A DNA stretch of 64,000 nucleotides from a virus. Lineage: Duplodnaviria > Caudoviricetes. The notes under the pieces are model-generated. The model was not told the origin of the DNA. It did not search any database and was given only the letters and a program-made list of their open reading frames with translations. Both the position numbers and the translations under genes were made by a program. The stretch spans positions 14,592 through 78,591 of the IMG/VR virus record IMGVR_UViG_2551306637_000004; one strand, given 5' to 3'. This document shows, piece by piece, positions 28,488 to 37,153 of the stretch. How positions within the stretch are numbered: the first letter of the stretch is position 1; the number at the start of each line of letters is the position of its first letter.

Positions 28488-28778
28488 ATGCGTGAGATCC
28501 GCAAGTACACCAGCTCGGACGGCAAGGAGTTCGCCACGCAGCGCGAATGTGCCGAACACGAATGCTCGACCACGGTCCCGGCGAAATTGAGGCAGCGCCT
28601 GCTCAAGTTCTATCAGGAAGAGCATGGCGCGATCACGAGCAAGATCGAGCAGGCAACGTTCGACCGCATGTGCGCAACGTTGATTCTCAATCGACGCAAC
28701 GCCCGAGTCATCCGCGACGTGTTGCAGGAATTCAGCAACGCGGCTACGCATCTGCCGCTGGAGCCGGTCTACAACTGA
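28488..28778 (+). CDS. Hypothetical protein, N-terminus paralogous to the previous gene
   Basis: YTSSDGKEFATQRECAEHE versus YVTADGRQFTNYVEALRHE. Confidence 0.7.
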   Translation: MREIRKYTSSDGKEFATQRECAEHECSTTVPAKLRQRLLKFYQEEHGAITSKIEQATFDRMCATLILNRRNARVIRDVLQEFSNAATHLPLEPVYN

Positions 28779-28799
28779 TCGGATTTTGTAGGAGGGGCC

Positions 28800-29078
28800 A
28801 TGTGGTTCTCACGTCGGCCCAATCCCGTTGAGTGGCGAAAAGGTCGGTGCCCGAGTATCGAGGGCAAGCCGATCGTTGACTGCGCGCTGGTGAGGGGCCT
28901 TCCGGTTTTCATCGTGCCGCGTGAAGACGGGCATTGGGACTACTTTGTCTACGGTTGCCAGCGCAATACAGCTGAGACCTGGGATGACGCGGCACGCTTC
29001 GTGACAGAGGACGCGCAATCCCAACGCAACTACCACCTTGACCAAGAAGAGTTCGACGCTCTGATTGGTTCAACCTGA
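28800..29078 (+). CDS. Hypothetical protein
   Basis: GGAGG RBS. Confidence 0.65.
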   Translation: MWFSRRPNPVEWRKGRCPSIEGKPIVDCALVRGLPVFIVPREDGHWDYFVYGCQRNTAETWDDAARFVTEDAQSQRNYHLDQEEFDALIGST

Positions 29079-29095
29079 ACCAAGGATCAAACATC

Positions 29096-29740
29096 ATGGG
29101 CAACACCACCACCTACGGCCCGTTTGAAAGTTTCGAAGAGATGATGAGCGATGCTGGCCAGCGCGCACCATACGTCGAACGAGCGATGCAGATCGTGCTT
29201 ACAGCAAGCGTGTTCGAGCAACTGAACGATGAGCAACGCGACGTGAATCTGCCGCTCGACGTGCTCGTCGACAACATGGCCAAGCAGTGCGGTATGGTCA
29301 TCAAGAACCACGAGGACGGCCCGCGACTGCGCAAGGCTTGGTACTACGAGCTGGAGGATCAACGCACGGTATCGGATCGTGCTGAATCTCTCAACGAACG
29401 TGACGTGATTCTCCACCTGACGGCGATGCTCGAGCATTTCGCAGGCATGCAGGAGACCCACGAACAGCGGCTTGCTGCCATGTACGCGCAGCACGGTCGC
29501 ATGTGCCTGAAGCAGCGTCCGCATCCGATCTCATCGCGACCATACGCGGATCGGCAACGGATGGCATTCAACATGCGTGACTTCGCTGGCGAGTTTGCAC
29601 GGAAGCTGGCCCACGCGTGGATCAACGCTGACATGTCGAACTGCCGGCGAATCGAAGAAGCGTTTCCGCATCTCTTCGCGAAGTACAGCGACCCGAGCTA
29701 CGACCGGGTGCGCGAGGAGCGCGAGGGAGTGCCGGCATGA
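29096..29740 (+). CDS. Hypothetical protein
   Basis: AAGGATCAAAC leader; 214 aa. Confidence 0.75.
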   Translation: MGNTTTYGPFESFEEMMSDAGQRAPYVERAMQIVLTASVFEQLNDEQRDVNLPLDVLVDNMAKQCGMVIKNHEDGPRLRKAWYYELEDQRTVSDRAESLNERDVILHLTAMLEHFAGMQETHEQRLAAMYAQHGRMCLKQRPHPISSRPYADRQRMAFNMRDFAGEFARKLAHAWINADMSNCRRIEEAFPHLFAKYSDPSYDRVREEREGVPA

Positions 29741-29955
29741 CCAAGGGGTTCGTCGTGTTCTACCACATCAAGTCAAACGGCGGATTTTTATACGGTGAAG
29801 GCGATGACCCCCGAGGTTACGGCGGTACTTACAACTTCGCTGAGGCGGCACGTTTCCCGACCTCCAAGAAAGCGCGCGAGATGGGGGCGGCGTATCTGCG
29901 ATTGTGTCGTGCAGACCCGGACGACAGCAGCGCTACGGTACTGAAGCAAATCTAA
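29737..29955 (+). CDS. Hypothetical protein
   Basis: ATGA overlap with the previous gene. Confidence 0.65.
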   Translation: MTKGFVVFYHIKSNGGFLYGEGDDPRGYGGTYNFAEAARFPTSKKAREMGAAYLRLCRADPDDSSATVLKQI

Positions 29956-29981
29956 AACGATTCACCACCACGGATCAAAAC

Positions 29982-30296
29982 ATGAGCACCCAAGAACTGG
30001 CCAAGAACACGACTGAAGTCGATGTCAACGCAGCGGCCGCGGCCGCGGCCGACGTCGACAAACTCATCACGAACGCAACGGTTCAACTTGAACCTCCTGC
30101 GCCGTACACGAAGCGCGAAGTGAAGTTCGCTCGCGATCTGCTTCAGTTTCAACTGAGCGAGCACATCAAGCGGGTGATTGCCCGATTCGAGAGTGAGACT
30201 GGTGCAAAGGTTACGGGTATCGCCTACAACCCGTACACGACGGCCGATACCCCGGTGGCGCTGACCGTCTACCACAACGACGAATACGTCTTCTGA
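29982..30296 (+). CDS. Hypothetical protein
   Basis: GGATCAAAACATG leader fixes the start at 29982. Confidence 0.7.
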   Translation: MSTQELAKNTTEVDVNAAAAAAADVDKLITNATVQLEPPAPYTKREVKFARDLLQFQLSEHIKRVIARFESETGAKVTGIAYNPYTTADTPVALTVYHNDEYVF

Positions 30297-30303
30297 GGCG
30301 ACG

Positions 30304-30588
30304 ATGAACATCCGCCACGTCTTCGACTTCAACAAGGCGCTGGACCACGGGCCATACGCATGGCCCGGTGGATACCCGTGCTACTTCATCACCTCGGACT
30401 GCGAGGCGCTTTCATTCAAAGCTGCGCAGGAGAACGCCGGCCTGATTCGTGACGCGATCATCACGAACGACAAGCATAGCGGCTGGAAGCTGATCGCGAT
30501 GGACATCAACTGGGAAGACACGAGCATGGTTTGTGTCCACTCGGGGAAGCCGATCGAATCGGCATATGGGGAGCGCACCAATGCCTAA
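30304..30588 (+). CDS. Phage hypothetical protein (YAWPGGYP motif)
   Basis: GAGG RBS; distinctive aromatic/Gly motif. Confidence 0.75.
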   Translation: MNIRHVFDFNKALDHGPYAWPGGYPCYFITSDCEALSFKAAQENAGLIRDAIITNDKHSGWKLIAMDINWEDTSMVCVHSGKPIESAYGERTNA

Positions 30589-30763
30589 GTACGTCGTCAC
30601 GGTCCAGGATACCGTGCGTCTCACTACCACGGTTGAAGCTGCCAACGAAGAAGACGCCAAGAAGGATGCGTTGCGCACGCTCGAAACCCTTGGCGATGAA
30701 GACTTCAGCTACGACGTCATCGACCGCAATGTCTTCATGTGCATGGAGAGGGCCGATGGCTAG
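30581..30763 (+). CDS. Small DpnD/PcfM-like protein
   Basis: MPKYVVTV...VEAANEEDAKK pattern. Confidence 0.6.
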   Translation: MPKYVVTVQDTVRLTTTVEAANEEDAKKDALRTLETLGDEDFSYDVIDRNVFMCMERADG

Positions 30764-30935
30764 ATTCACCATCACGGTTGTGCGGCCAACGTACTACACG
30801 CACGAATTCGAGGCGTCCAGCGTGGAAGAAGCGAAACAGGCAGCGCTGGACGCCTACGAACAGCACGGCTCCGAAGCTTTTGACTACGAGAGCAGTGGAC
30901 ACGCCACCACTCACGAGGGAGATGCGCCGGCATGA
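30756..30935 (+). CDS. Small DpnD/PcfM-like protein (paralog of previous)
   Basis: MARFTITV...FEASSVEEAKQ. Confidence 0.6.
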   Translation: MARFTITVVRPTYYTHEFEASSVEEAKQAALDAYEQHGSEAFDYESSGHATTHEGDAPA

Positions 30936-31216
30936 GTCTGAATCACCCCAAAATCCCGCGCCTGCCCTCGCTCGACTTCACAAGTGATGAGACGCGAACC
31001 TTCTATGCGGTCGAGTGGATCAACGAGAAGGACGAGTGGTCGATCGACACGCACTACCAGGAAACCAGTCGCGATACGAAAGCGTTGCAGCTGTTTGCGA
31101 ACGGTGCGAAATCAGTGCTGATCTATGACGTGATCGGCCCCTTCAACGCAGGGCTGGACGAAGCTGAGAACTTTGCTTTCGATAACCGGCGGCTGCACGT
31201 CTCAAGTTCAAGTTGA
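30932..31216 (+). CDS. Hypothetical protein
   Basis: ATGA coupling. Confidence 0.65.
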   Translation: MSLNHPKIPRLPSLDFTSDETRTFYAVEWINEKDEWSIDTHYQETSRDTKALQLFANGAKSVLIYDVIGPFNAGLDEAENFAFDNRRLHVSSSS

Positions 31217-31231
31217 ACCGAGGATCAATAC

Positions 31232-31561
31232 ATGAACGTGGAACAACGAATCGAGATTGAGAAGCAGATCGTCGAAAAGATTGTCGTCGACGCCTTGGCC
31301 GCGGGGTTCAAGCTGAGTGTATTCGACGGAGAAGGCACTGCGATTTCGAAGAGCACCGACAAGGACAAGATCCTCGCCGCGCTGTTCGCTTGTGAAGAAG
31401 AGTATCTGCGCCTCTGGAAAGACGGTACGCACGTCGGGTCGGTTCACCTGGTCTACGGCAATGACGGGTGGGACGTGATCTCCGATCATCACGTGTGCCT
31501 GGAGGACGTCCTCCAGGGGGCGACTGAACTGGCCAACCAGTTGGAAGAGCGGCACGCATGA
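31232..31561 (+). CDS. Acidic hypothetical protein
   Basis: GAGGATCAATACATG leader. Confidence 0.7.
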   Translation: MNVEQRIEIEKQIVEKIVVDALAAGFKLSVFDGEGTAISKSTDKDKILAALFACEEEYLRLWKDGTHVGSVHLVYGNDGWDVISDHHVCLEDVLQGATELANQLEERHA

Positions 31562-31764
31562 ACCCCGAGCAACTGCTGGAGTACATCCAGCGCCTGGAAG
31601 CGCGTATCGCTGAACTGGAGCTGGATCTGTACGCGAATCCGGACATGGCCGACAGGCGTGCGCGCCGGCAGCTGACAGAACAGTTCAAGAGGCAGGGGAT
31701 GTCGGGCCGCAAGGCTCGGGACGCCGCATGGCGCACCCTGCACGACCCAAATTTCACATCGTGA
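31558..31764 (+). CDS. Hypothetical protein
   Basis: ATGA coupling. Confidence 0.6.
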   Translation: MNPEQLLEYIQRLEARIAELELDLYANPDMADRRARRQLTEQFKRQGMSGRKARDAAWRTLHDPNFTS

Positions 31765-31769
31765 AAAAT

Positions 31770-31976
31770 ATGAGCAAACCGATCTACCGTACCCGCTTCA
31801 CGACCACGGCCGGCAAGTACCGCGTCCGGGAATTCCGGTCGCAGAAGAACGCTGAGACCCATGCCAAGCAGCTCGCCAACGAGGGCGGGTATGGCTACGT
31901 CGAGCGCACGACGGCGACCAGCCACAAAGTAGTCAGCAATTGGGGCCGCTGCGCTCCCGAAACCGCTTCCGCATAG
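31770..31976 (+). CDS. Basic hypothetical protein
   Basis: Start MSKPIY at 31770. Confidence 0.55.
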   Translation: MSKPIYRTRFTTTAGKYRVREFRSQKNAETHAKQLANEGGYGYVERTTATSHKVVSNWGRCAPETASA

Positions 31977-32010
31977 CGTAGAATCACCTTACAAAGTACA
32001 AGGAGAAATC

Positions 32011-32373
32011 ATGATGTCTGTCGCTTTCGACACCTTGGCTTACGTCAAGCGCCTCGAACAAGGCGGGGTCCCGCGCGAGACTGCGGTGATGCAAGCCGAG
32101 GCGCTGGCTGACGCGATCGACCAGACCTTGGCGACAAAGCAAGACCTGCTCAACACGCAGACGGCGGTTGAGCAGAAGGTCGACGCGACGCGTACCGATC
32201 TGCGTCGTGAGATCGACAACGTCCGAGCAGACATGAAGCTCGGCCTGACGGAGACGCGTGGGGAGTTCCGTGTCGAAATCGAGAAAGCGAAAACCTCAAT
32301 GATCACGTGGCTCGTGACATTGACAGTTCTCGCTACCGCTGCGCAGATCGCTTCGAGGGCGTTCCTGCGCTGA
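32011..32373 (+). CDS. DUF1640/CCDC90-like coiled-coil protein with C-terminal membrane anchor
   Basis: FDTLAYVKRLEQGGVPRETA...LATKQDL; AAGGAG RBS; own terminator. Confidence 0.8.
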   Translation: MMSVAFDTLAYVKRLEQGGVPRETAVMQAEALADAIDQTLATKQDLLNTQTAVEQKVDATRTDLRREIDNVRADMKLGLTETRGEFRVEIEKAKTSMITWLVTLTVLATAAQIASRAFLR

Positions 32374-32392
32374 TTCAGCCGGTTGATTAAGG

Positions 32393-32425
32393 AAGAGTGC
32401 GCTCTGGCCAGTGCGCTCTTTTTTA
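32393..32425 (+). terminator. Rho-independent terminator
   Basis: AAGAGTGCGC/GTGCGCTCTT stem (G-U pairs) plus T-run. Confidence 0.7.
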
Positions 32426-32448
32426 TACCCTCATCACCACCACACACC

Positions 32449-32913
32449 ATGAAAACTATCGTATTGACCCCGACTTGGTCGGGCGTCATGGGCGTGCTCG
32501 TCGCTTCGTTGCGCGATGGCACCGAAGAAGGCAAGAAGCACGCTGAAGCGGAGCTGTTCGATCTCGCGAAGAAAGTCGACCAGATGAACGACCACTTCAG
32601 GCAGGAACGCGAATCGATCCTGGGCAAGAAGCTGGCCCAGCTGGCTGAGCAGGGGGCAACTGACGCAGGCAAGATCGTCATCAAGGAAGACAAGATGGCG
32701 ATCGTCACTAAGGCGGGCCGCGTCGAATGGTTCAAGCTGAACCAATTCGGGGGAATCGCGCCGGTAGACAATCTCGCGCTCACCAAGCAACTGGTCGACG
32801 CGCTTGAAAGCATGCTCTCGATCGACGACTGGCATGACGACGCGCTGGCGAATCCGCAGATGATCGCGAACGCTCAAGCTGTCCTGGCACTGGGGCGGGA
32901 GGCGCTGAAATGA
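32449..32913 (+). CDS. Hypothetical protein
   Basis: Start MKTIVL after a CACCACCAC leader. Confidence 0.7.
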   Translation: MKTIVLTPTWSGVMGVLVASLRDGTEEGKKHAEAELFDLAKKVDQMNDHFRQERESILGKKLAQLAEQGATDAGKIVIKEDKMAIVTKAGRVEWFKLNQFGGIAPVDNLALTKQLVDALESMLSIDDWHDDALANPQMIANAQAVLALGREALK

Positions 32914-33575
32914 GCACCCCGTTCAAATCCACTCTCATCCTGTCCGAGTCCGACCACGAAGGTACGGGCTTGCTGCTCAAGGAAGTCGGCAAGCAGGTGA
33001 TCTGCGAGTTCGACCGTACGCCGCACATGCAAGAGCACGCCGCGTACATCAAGCAGGCCGTCAATGAATACCCGGCGCTGCTGCGCAAGCAGGAGATCAT
33101 CTTCGATCTTTCGTTCACGCTGGGCAACCGCTGGCACACGTTCTCCGACCAGCTGACCGGCGACATCCTGGACCACCATGACGGCTCGCGTGGATTGAGC
33201 GACCTCGTGAATACCTGGGCCGACGAGTTCGATGCTGACTGGGAATCGCGCAACGAGGACGAGCAGCAGAATTACCTCGGTGATATCGACGAGTTCGCGA
33301 ATCGCAAGATCGCCGAGCTGATCGATTCCGTGAAGCGTCCCGAGCCGCCCCCGCCGAAACCGATCAAGGTTACGCACAGCTACAACCGCGCACTTGCCGA
33401 GAACACCTTCCACTACGTTGGCGTGAAGTGGCAGATCGTCTTCAAATGCGACGACGGCTCCGACTTCTGCCGCGAGGCCCTGCCGGCAATGAAGACCCTG
33501 AACGACGTCCTCTCGTTCATCCGGGAGAAGTGCAATGCGCTCGGTTTGAGCGGCGCAGACATTCAACGGTGGTGA
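32910..33575 (+). CDS. Hypothetical protein
   Basis: ATGA coupling; 221 aa. Confidence 0.7.
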   Translation: MSTPFKSTLILSESDHEGTGLLLKEVGKQVICEFDRTPHMQEHAAYIKQAVNEYPALLRKQEIIFDLSFTLGNRWHTFSDQLTGDILDHHDGSRGLSDLVNTWADEFDADWESRNEDEQQNYLGDIDEFANRKIAELIDSVKRPEPPPPKPIKVTHSYNRALAENTFHYVGVKWQIVFKCDDGSDFCREALPAMKTLNDVLSFIREKCNALGLSGADIQRW

Positions 33576-33577
33576 TC

Positions 33578-33916
33578 ATGAAAGAACCAGTCCGTTACTT
33601 CACCCCGTACCCGTTCACGATCGAGACCCTGCAACGTGTCGACGAGCCCCCGCGTTACGTCATCTCCCGCGTAAAGGTCGGTGGCCGCTACAGCGACGAG
33701 CTGCTGAAGAAGGAAGAGGCCGAGCTGCTGCTGCACACGCTGACGCGTGAAGAAGCCGACAAAGAGCAGCTGCGCTACCGCATCTGGCAGCTCGAACAGC
33801 AGTTCGCCTGGGCGATGTCCGAGATCAAGGAGCGTTACGAGGGGCCGTACGAGGAGTGGGCACCTGAGCGCGCCCGATACAACGAGGCGCTGGCCATGCT
33901 GCGGGGGATCAAATGA
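33578..33916 (+). CDS. Hypothetical protein
   Basis: Start MKEPVR at 33578. Confidence 0.65.
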   Translation: MKEPVRYFTPYPFTIETLQRVDEPPRYVISRVKVGGRYSDELLKKEEAELLLHTLTREEADKEQLRYRIWQLEQQFAWAMSEIKERYEGPYEEWAPERARYNEALAMLRGIK

Positions 33917-34161
33917 AGGCATATGTCCATACGAAGTGCCGCACTCGGGACGGAAGTTCCTTTGACAGTTTCTGCACTCGGTCTGTACCGGCGCGCCGAG
34001 TGCCGGCCGAGCACGATCAAGACGAAGGTTACATCGTCGTGTTGTGGAACAGCCGCTGGTGGCGCGTGAGGACGAGATGGATAAGATGCCGCCCCGTCTT
34101 GTACCTCGGCAAAAAGTTCGACGAGTGTTTGACCGTATCACTTGTATTGGGGACCGCTTGA
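33913..34161 (+). CDS. Hypothetical protein
   Basis: Coupled at both ends. Confidence 0.5.
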   Translation: MKAYVHTKCRTRDGSSFDSFCTRSVPARRVPAEHDQDEGYIVVLWNSRWWRVRTRWIRCRPVLYLGKKFDECLTVSLVLGTA

Positions 34162-34394
34162 TGAGCCTTCCGAATATCATCCGCCGCTTCGACGAAGCAG
34201 ATCTCACCTCCGAGTGGAAGAAGAACGCGAACTGGCAAGTCATCTTCAAGATCCGCAACGAAGATGGCGTCATTCGTGACTACTGTCGCGAGACCCGCTG
34301 GCGGTCGAACTATGACATTGAAGATGTCGAACGCTGGGCAATGGAGCAGTGCCTGCTTCACAAGCTGCACGGGGCGGAGATTCAACTGTTCTGA
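34161..34394 (+). CDS. Hypothetical protein
   Basis: Start MSLPNII overlaps the previous stop. Confidence 0.6.
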   Translation: MSLPNIIRRFDEADLTSEWKKNANWQVIFKIRNEDGVIRDYCRETRWRSNYDIEDVERWAMEQCLLHKLHGAEIQLF

Positions 34395-34407
34395 ACAAGG
34401 CGGAGCC

Positions 34408-35082
34408 ATGAAACTGAGCGACGTGAGCAGCAGCCGCGGCGCCCCGATGGGGCGCCGTGACACACACAGCGACTGCGATGCCCACATCAAGTTGATCGTC
34501 CATCACTGCCCATTCGTCGACGGCGACTACGACGAAGGTGGGGCGTACTGGGGTGCGGGGGAGCCGCTGTGGCGGGCTATCGAACCCGAGGGGGACGTGG
34601 AGTTCTTCCTGCGCGGTAAAGACCGCTGGGAGGTACTGGAAGACGTTCGTGAACTGTATCCGAACGCGGAAATCATCGACACGCCACGCGAGCGCTGGTT
34701 CGAGGAGTTTTTGACCGGCTACCAAGAAGCCGCGTTGTGGTCGAGCATCGACACAATCAAAAATGACGAGGGGGAGGAGGAAACGGTGCATCTCGATGAT
34801 GGTTACGAGATGCACGAAGAGACGAAAGCGAAGTTCCGCCAGGACTGCAAGGACTTCTGCGACTTTGCGGAGCCACAGTTGCGCCGTGCAATTGATTGCA
34901 CCGGCTATGGGGCGGTCCAGGCTGGGCACGATCTCTGGCTCACACGCGCCGGGCATGGGGCGGGGTATTGGGATCGCGGTCAGCTTCCGCGCGAGTTGCG
35001 TGAACAGCTATCCGACGCAGCCCGCGACGCTGGAAGCCGAGAGCTACACATCGGCGACGACGGGTTGATTCACCAAGGGTAA
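34408..35082 (+). CDS. Two-domain acidic phage hypothetical protein
   Basis: GAPMGR/YDEGGAYWG domain plus AGHDLWLTRAGHGAGYWDR domain; GGAG RBS. Confidence 0.75.
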   Translation: MKLSDVSSSRGAPMGRRDTHSDCDAHIKLIVHHCPFVDGDYDEGGAYWGAGEPLWRAIEPEGDVEFFLRGKDRWEVLEDVRELYPNAEIIDTPRERWFEEFLTGYQEAALWSSIDTIKNDEGEEETVHLDDGYEMHEETKAKFRQDCKDFCDFAEPQLRRAIDCTGYGAVQAGHDLWLTRAGHGAGYWDRGQLPRELREQLSDAARDAGSRELHIGDDGLIHQG

Positions 35083-35084
35083 AC

Positions 35085-35354
35085 ATGACCACCGAAGATA
35101 GACCCCGAAAGTCATACGGGGTAAGAGCCGGATCATGGAACGAAATGCTTTCCATGATGGAAGTGGGCGAGCGCCACTACATAGAAACGACTGTTGAGGG
35201 TTACCCGCAATTGATGAGAACCATCAATACCCCAGCCAGCCGTAGGCCGGCGGAAATGCGCGACTCGAAATTCAGCACAAACCTTTTCACCGCAGTTATG
35301 GCGACGCGCGTCGGGGAGATTCGCTACCTCCTCTGTATCGAGCGGAAAGCATAA
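35085..35354 (+). CDS. Hypothetical protein
   Basis: ORF track, operon spacing. Confidence 0.65.
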   Translation: MTTEDRPRKSYGVRAGSWNEMLSMMEVGERHYIETTVEGYPQLMRTINTPASRRPAEMRDSKFSTNLFTAVMATRVGEIRYLLCIERKA

Positions 35355-35376
35355 CCACCACACCGAGGTAACCACC

Positions 35377-35607
35377 ATGTTGAGTGCAATCATCACGATG
35401 TTCACGGGCAAGTCGCCCGCTAAAGAAGCGAAGAACCAGCTGCGCATGACGCGCCTCGCGCTGCTCGAAGCGCGTGGCGCACTCGAACATTTCCAGGCCG
35501 AAGTCGCGAAGCTTGAGGCACGCGAAGCCCGCTTGGCTGCGCACGTCTCCGACGACGAGCGCCAATACCAGCGCGAAGCTCAAGCATCGATGGCAGCTGC
35601 GATCTGA
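35377..35607 (+). CDS. Small coiled-coil hypothetical protein
   Basis: GAGGT RBS. Confidence 0.65.
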   Translation: MLSAIITMFTGKSPAKEAKNQLRMTRLALLEARGALEHFQAEVAKLEAREARLAAHVSDDERQYQREAQASMAAAI

Positions 35608-35618
35608 AAGTTCAAGTT

Positions 35619-35650
35619 GAACGAGGCGCGTCTGGCCACGCGCCTCGTTC
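35619..35650. promoter_or_regulatory. Perfect 13-bp hairpin overlapping a palindrome copy
   Basis: GAACGAGGCGCGT-ctggcc-ACGCGCCTCGTTC; no T-tail. Confidence 0.6.
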
Positions 35651-35685
35651 ACCGAATCAGCTAACAAACCACCACCACAACAACG

Positions 35686-36444
35686 ATGACCAATTTTGAT
35701 AAGTCCGCGCTCGACGAGCGCGCGCGTCAGCTCGTCCGCGAAGAAGTGCATGCGTGCGTCAGTATGTTGATCAGCGATCTCAGCAAGCTGGTAGCTAGTG
35801 CCGATCCGCACGTGCTGCGTGAGGTAAGTGTCGACCAGGATGAGCTGTTCGCGATCTGCGTTCAGGACGACCACAAGTCCGCAGCTGAACACGAAGGCTA
35901 CGTCTTGTTCGAGAACGAATATGGTGAGTACGTCGCGCTTCAGCCGGAAGACGACGTAAAAGGTAATCTCACTCTCGACAACCTCGAATACTTCCAACAC
36001 GCAGGGAAGTTCTATGTCCTCCCGGAAGAGTCGGTGGACGAGATCAATGAGCTGGATGTGCCCGATCAGGCGAAGATCAGCGAAATCATCGCAAGCGCGC
36101 AGGCGCGTGAAGACAGCGGCGATACCGATGGAATGTTCTTCGAAGCGGAAACTGAACACGCAGTGTTGACCGCGTACCTCAACAAGCACTACGCCGACGA
36201 TTGGTACAACGACGAACAAGAAGCATGGCGTGCTGCGTGCGAAACGAACAATATCGACCCGGACACCTGCGAAGCCTACGAGCATTGGATCGTCTCGGGC
36301 TGGCTCGCCGGAAAGCTCGAAGAGCGGGGTGAGATGGTAAATCGCGACATTTGCGGTCTCATCGTGTGGGGCCGCTGCACGACCGGGCAGGCCATCTGCA
36401 TGGATGGCGTGATTAAAGAGATCGCGCGCGACCTTCTCAACTGA
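35686..36444 (+). CDS. Highly acidic protein (DNA-mimic candidate)
   Basis: Hand count about 55 D+E versus 19 K+R in 252 aa; C-terminal YEHWIVS...WGRCTTGQAI domain. Confidence 0.75.
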   Translation: MTNFDKSALDERARQLVREEVHACVSMLISDLSKLVASADPHVLREVSVDQDELFAICVQDDHKSAAEHEGYVLFENEYGEYVALQPEDDVKGNLTLDNLEYFQHAGKFYVLPEESVDEINELDVPDQAKISEIIASAQAREDSGDTDGMFFEAETEHAVLTAYLNKHYADDWYNDEQEAWRAACETNNIDPDTCEAYEHWIVSGWLAGKLEERGEMVNRDICGLIVWGRCTTGQAICMDGVIKEIARDLLN

Positions 36445-36488
36445 GGTAGGGCATACTTCTAGTCCTTTTATAGACAGAGAGGGCGGAA

Positions 36489-36902
36489 GTGAACAAGGTG
36501 ATTCTCTGCATTGCTCTTACGGGGTGTTTGACAGCGTGTGCGTCAAGAACTCTTCCATTTGAGCAGGCAAAGGACGTTCCTGCGGACAGGGTCTATTCGA
36601 CGAAGTATGCGCAACCAGTGGAAGGTGCGCAGAAGATCACGGTTATACGCACTGGAGGCTCGTTTATCTCGGGTGGGGGTGCGCGCTACGAACTGTCGGC
36701 CGATGGTGTGAAGATCGCGTCAATGGCTACCGATGAGCGCGTCGAACTATACCTCCCCGCAGGCGAGCACATGCTTTCAGCACGCAATGGCGTGTGGACC
36801 AGCGTTGAGCCACAGTCCATCGTGATCAACGTTCCAAGTCGATACAGAACATACCGCCTCGATTCAGCGAGCGGGGTGTTGTTGCAACCTGCCCTTGAAT
36901 GA
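36489..36902 (+). CDS. Lipoprotein moron
   Basis: Signal peptide MNKVILCIALTGC with lipobox LTAC; AT-richer; own terminator. Confidence 0.8.
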   Translation: MNKVILCIALTGCLTACASRTLPFEQAKDVPADRVYSTKYAQPVEGAQKITVIRTGGSFISGGGARYELSADGVKIASMATDERVELYLPAGEHMLSARNGVWTSVEPQSIVINVPSRYRTYRLDSASGVLLQPALE

Positions 36903-36929
36903 GCGACATCTAGTCGCGAAACCATGTTC

Positions 36930-36960
36930 AAAGCCCACCGATCGGTGGGCTTTTTTATTT
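36930..36960 (+). terminator. Rho-independent terminator
   Basis: AAAGCCCACC-gatc-GGTGGGCTTT plus T-run. Confidence 0.85.
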
Positions 36961-36988
36961 TCTCAATTCAGCACAAAAGGATCTGCAC

Positions 36989-37153
36989 ATGTTCATGTCT
37001 GATACGCAAGTTTTGCGGACGTACCTCGTAGCGGCGACTGTTGAGCAAGCACGCAAGGTGGGTTTCGAGGAATCGTTTCGTTCCCTCGTCACGCAGCAGT
37101 TTCATGACATGTCGGATGCAGACGTCCGCGCAATGGCAAGGATCATCGTATGA
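36989..37153 (+). CDS. Small hypothetical protein (54 aa)
   Basis: Hand-translated MFMSDTQVLRTYLVAATVEQARK...; AAGGA RBS; ATGA overlap with the next gene. Confidence 0.55.
   Translation: MFMSDTQVLRTYLVAATVEQARKVGFEESFRSLVTQQFHDMSDADVRAMARIIV

Larger units (their letters stand above)
24964..35623. repeat. Dispersed 15-bp palindrome family, consensus GGTTCAANTTGAACC (10 copies/variants)
   Basis: Starts at 24964 (16-bp variant), 25002, 26038, 26538, 27225, 27962, 29067, 30080, 31205, 35609. Confidence 0.85.

Noticed and set aside
24964-35623. Palindromes as a CRISPR array, or as N4-type hairpin promoters
   Set aside because: Spacing is irregular (38 bp to 4.4 kb) with genes between copies and no cas genes; no virion RNA polymerase gene in the window
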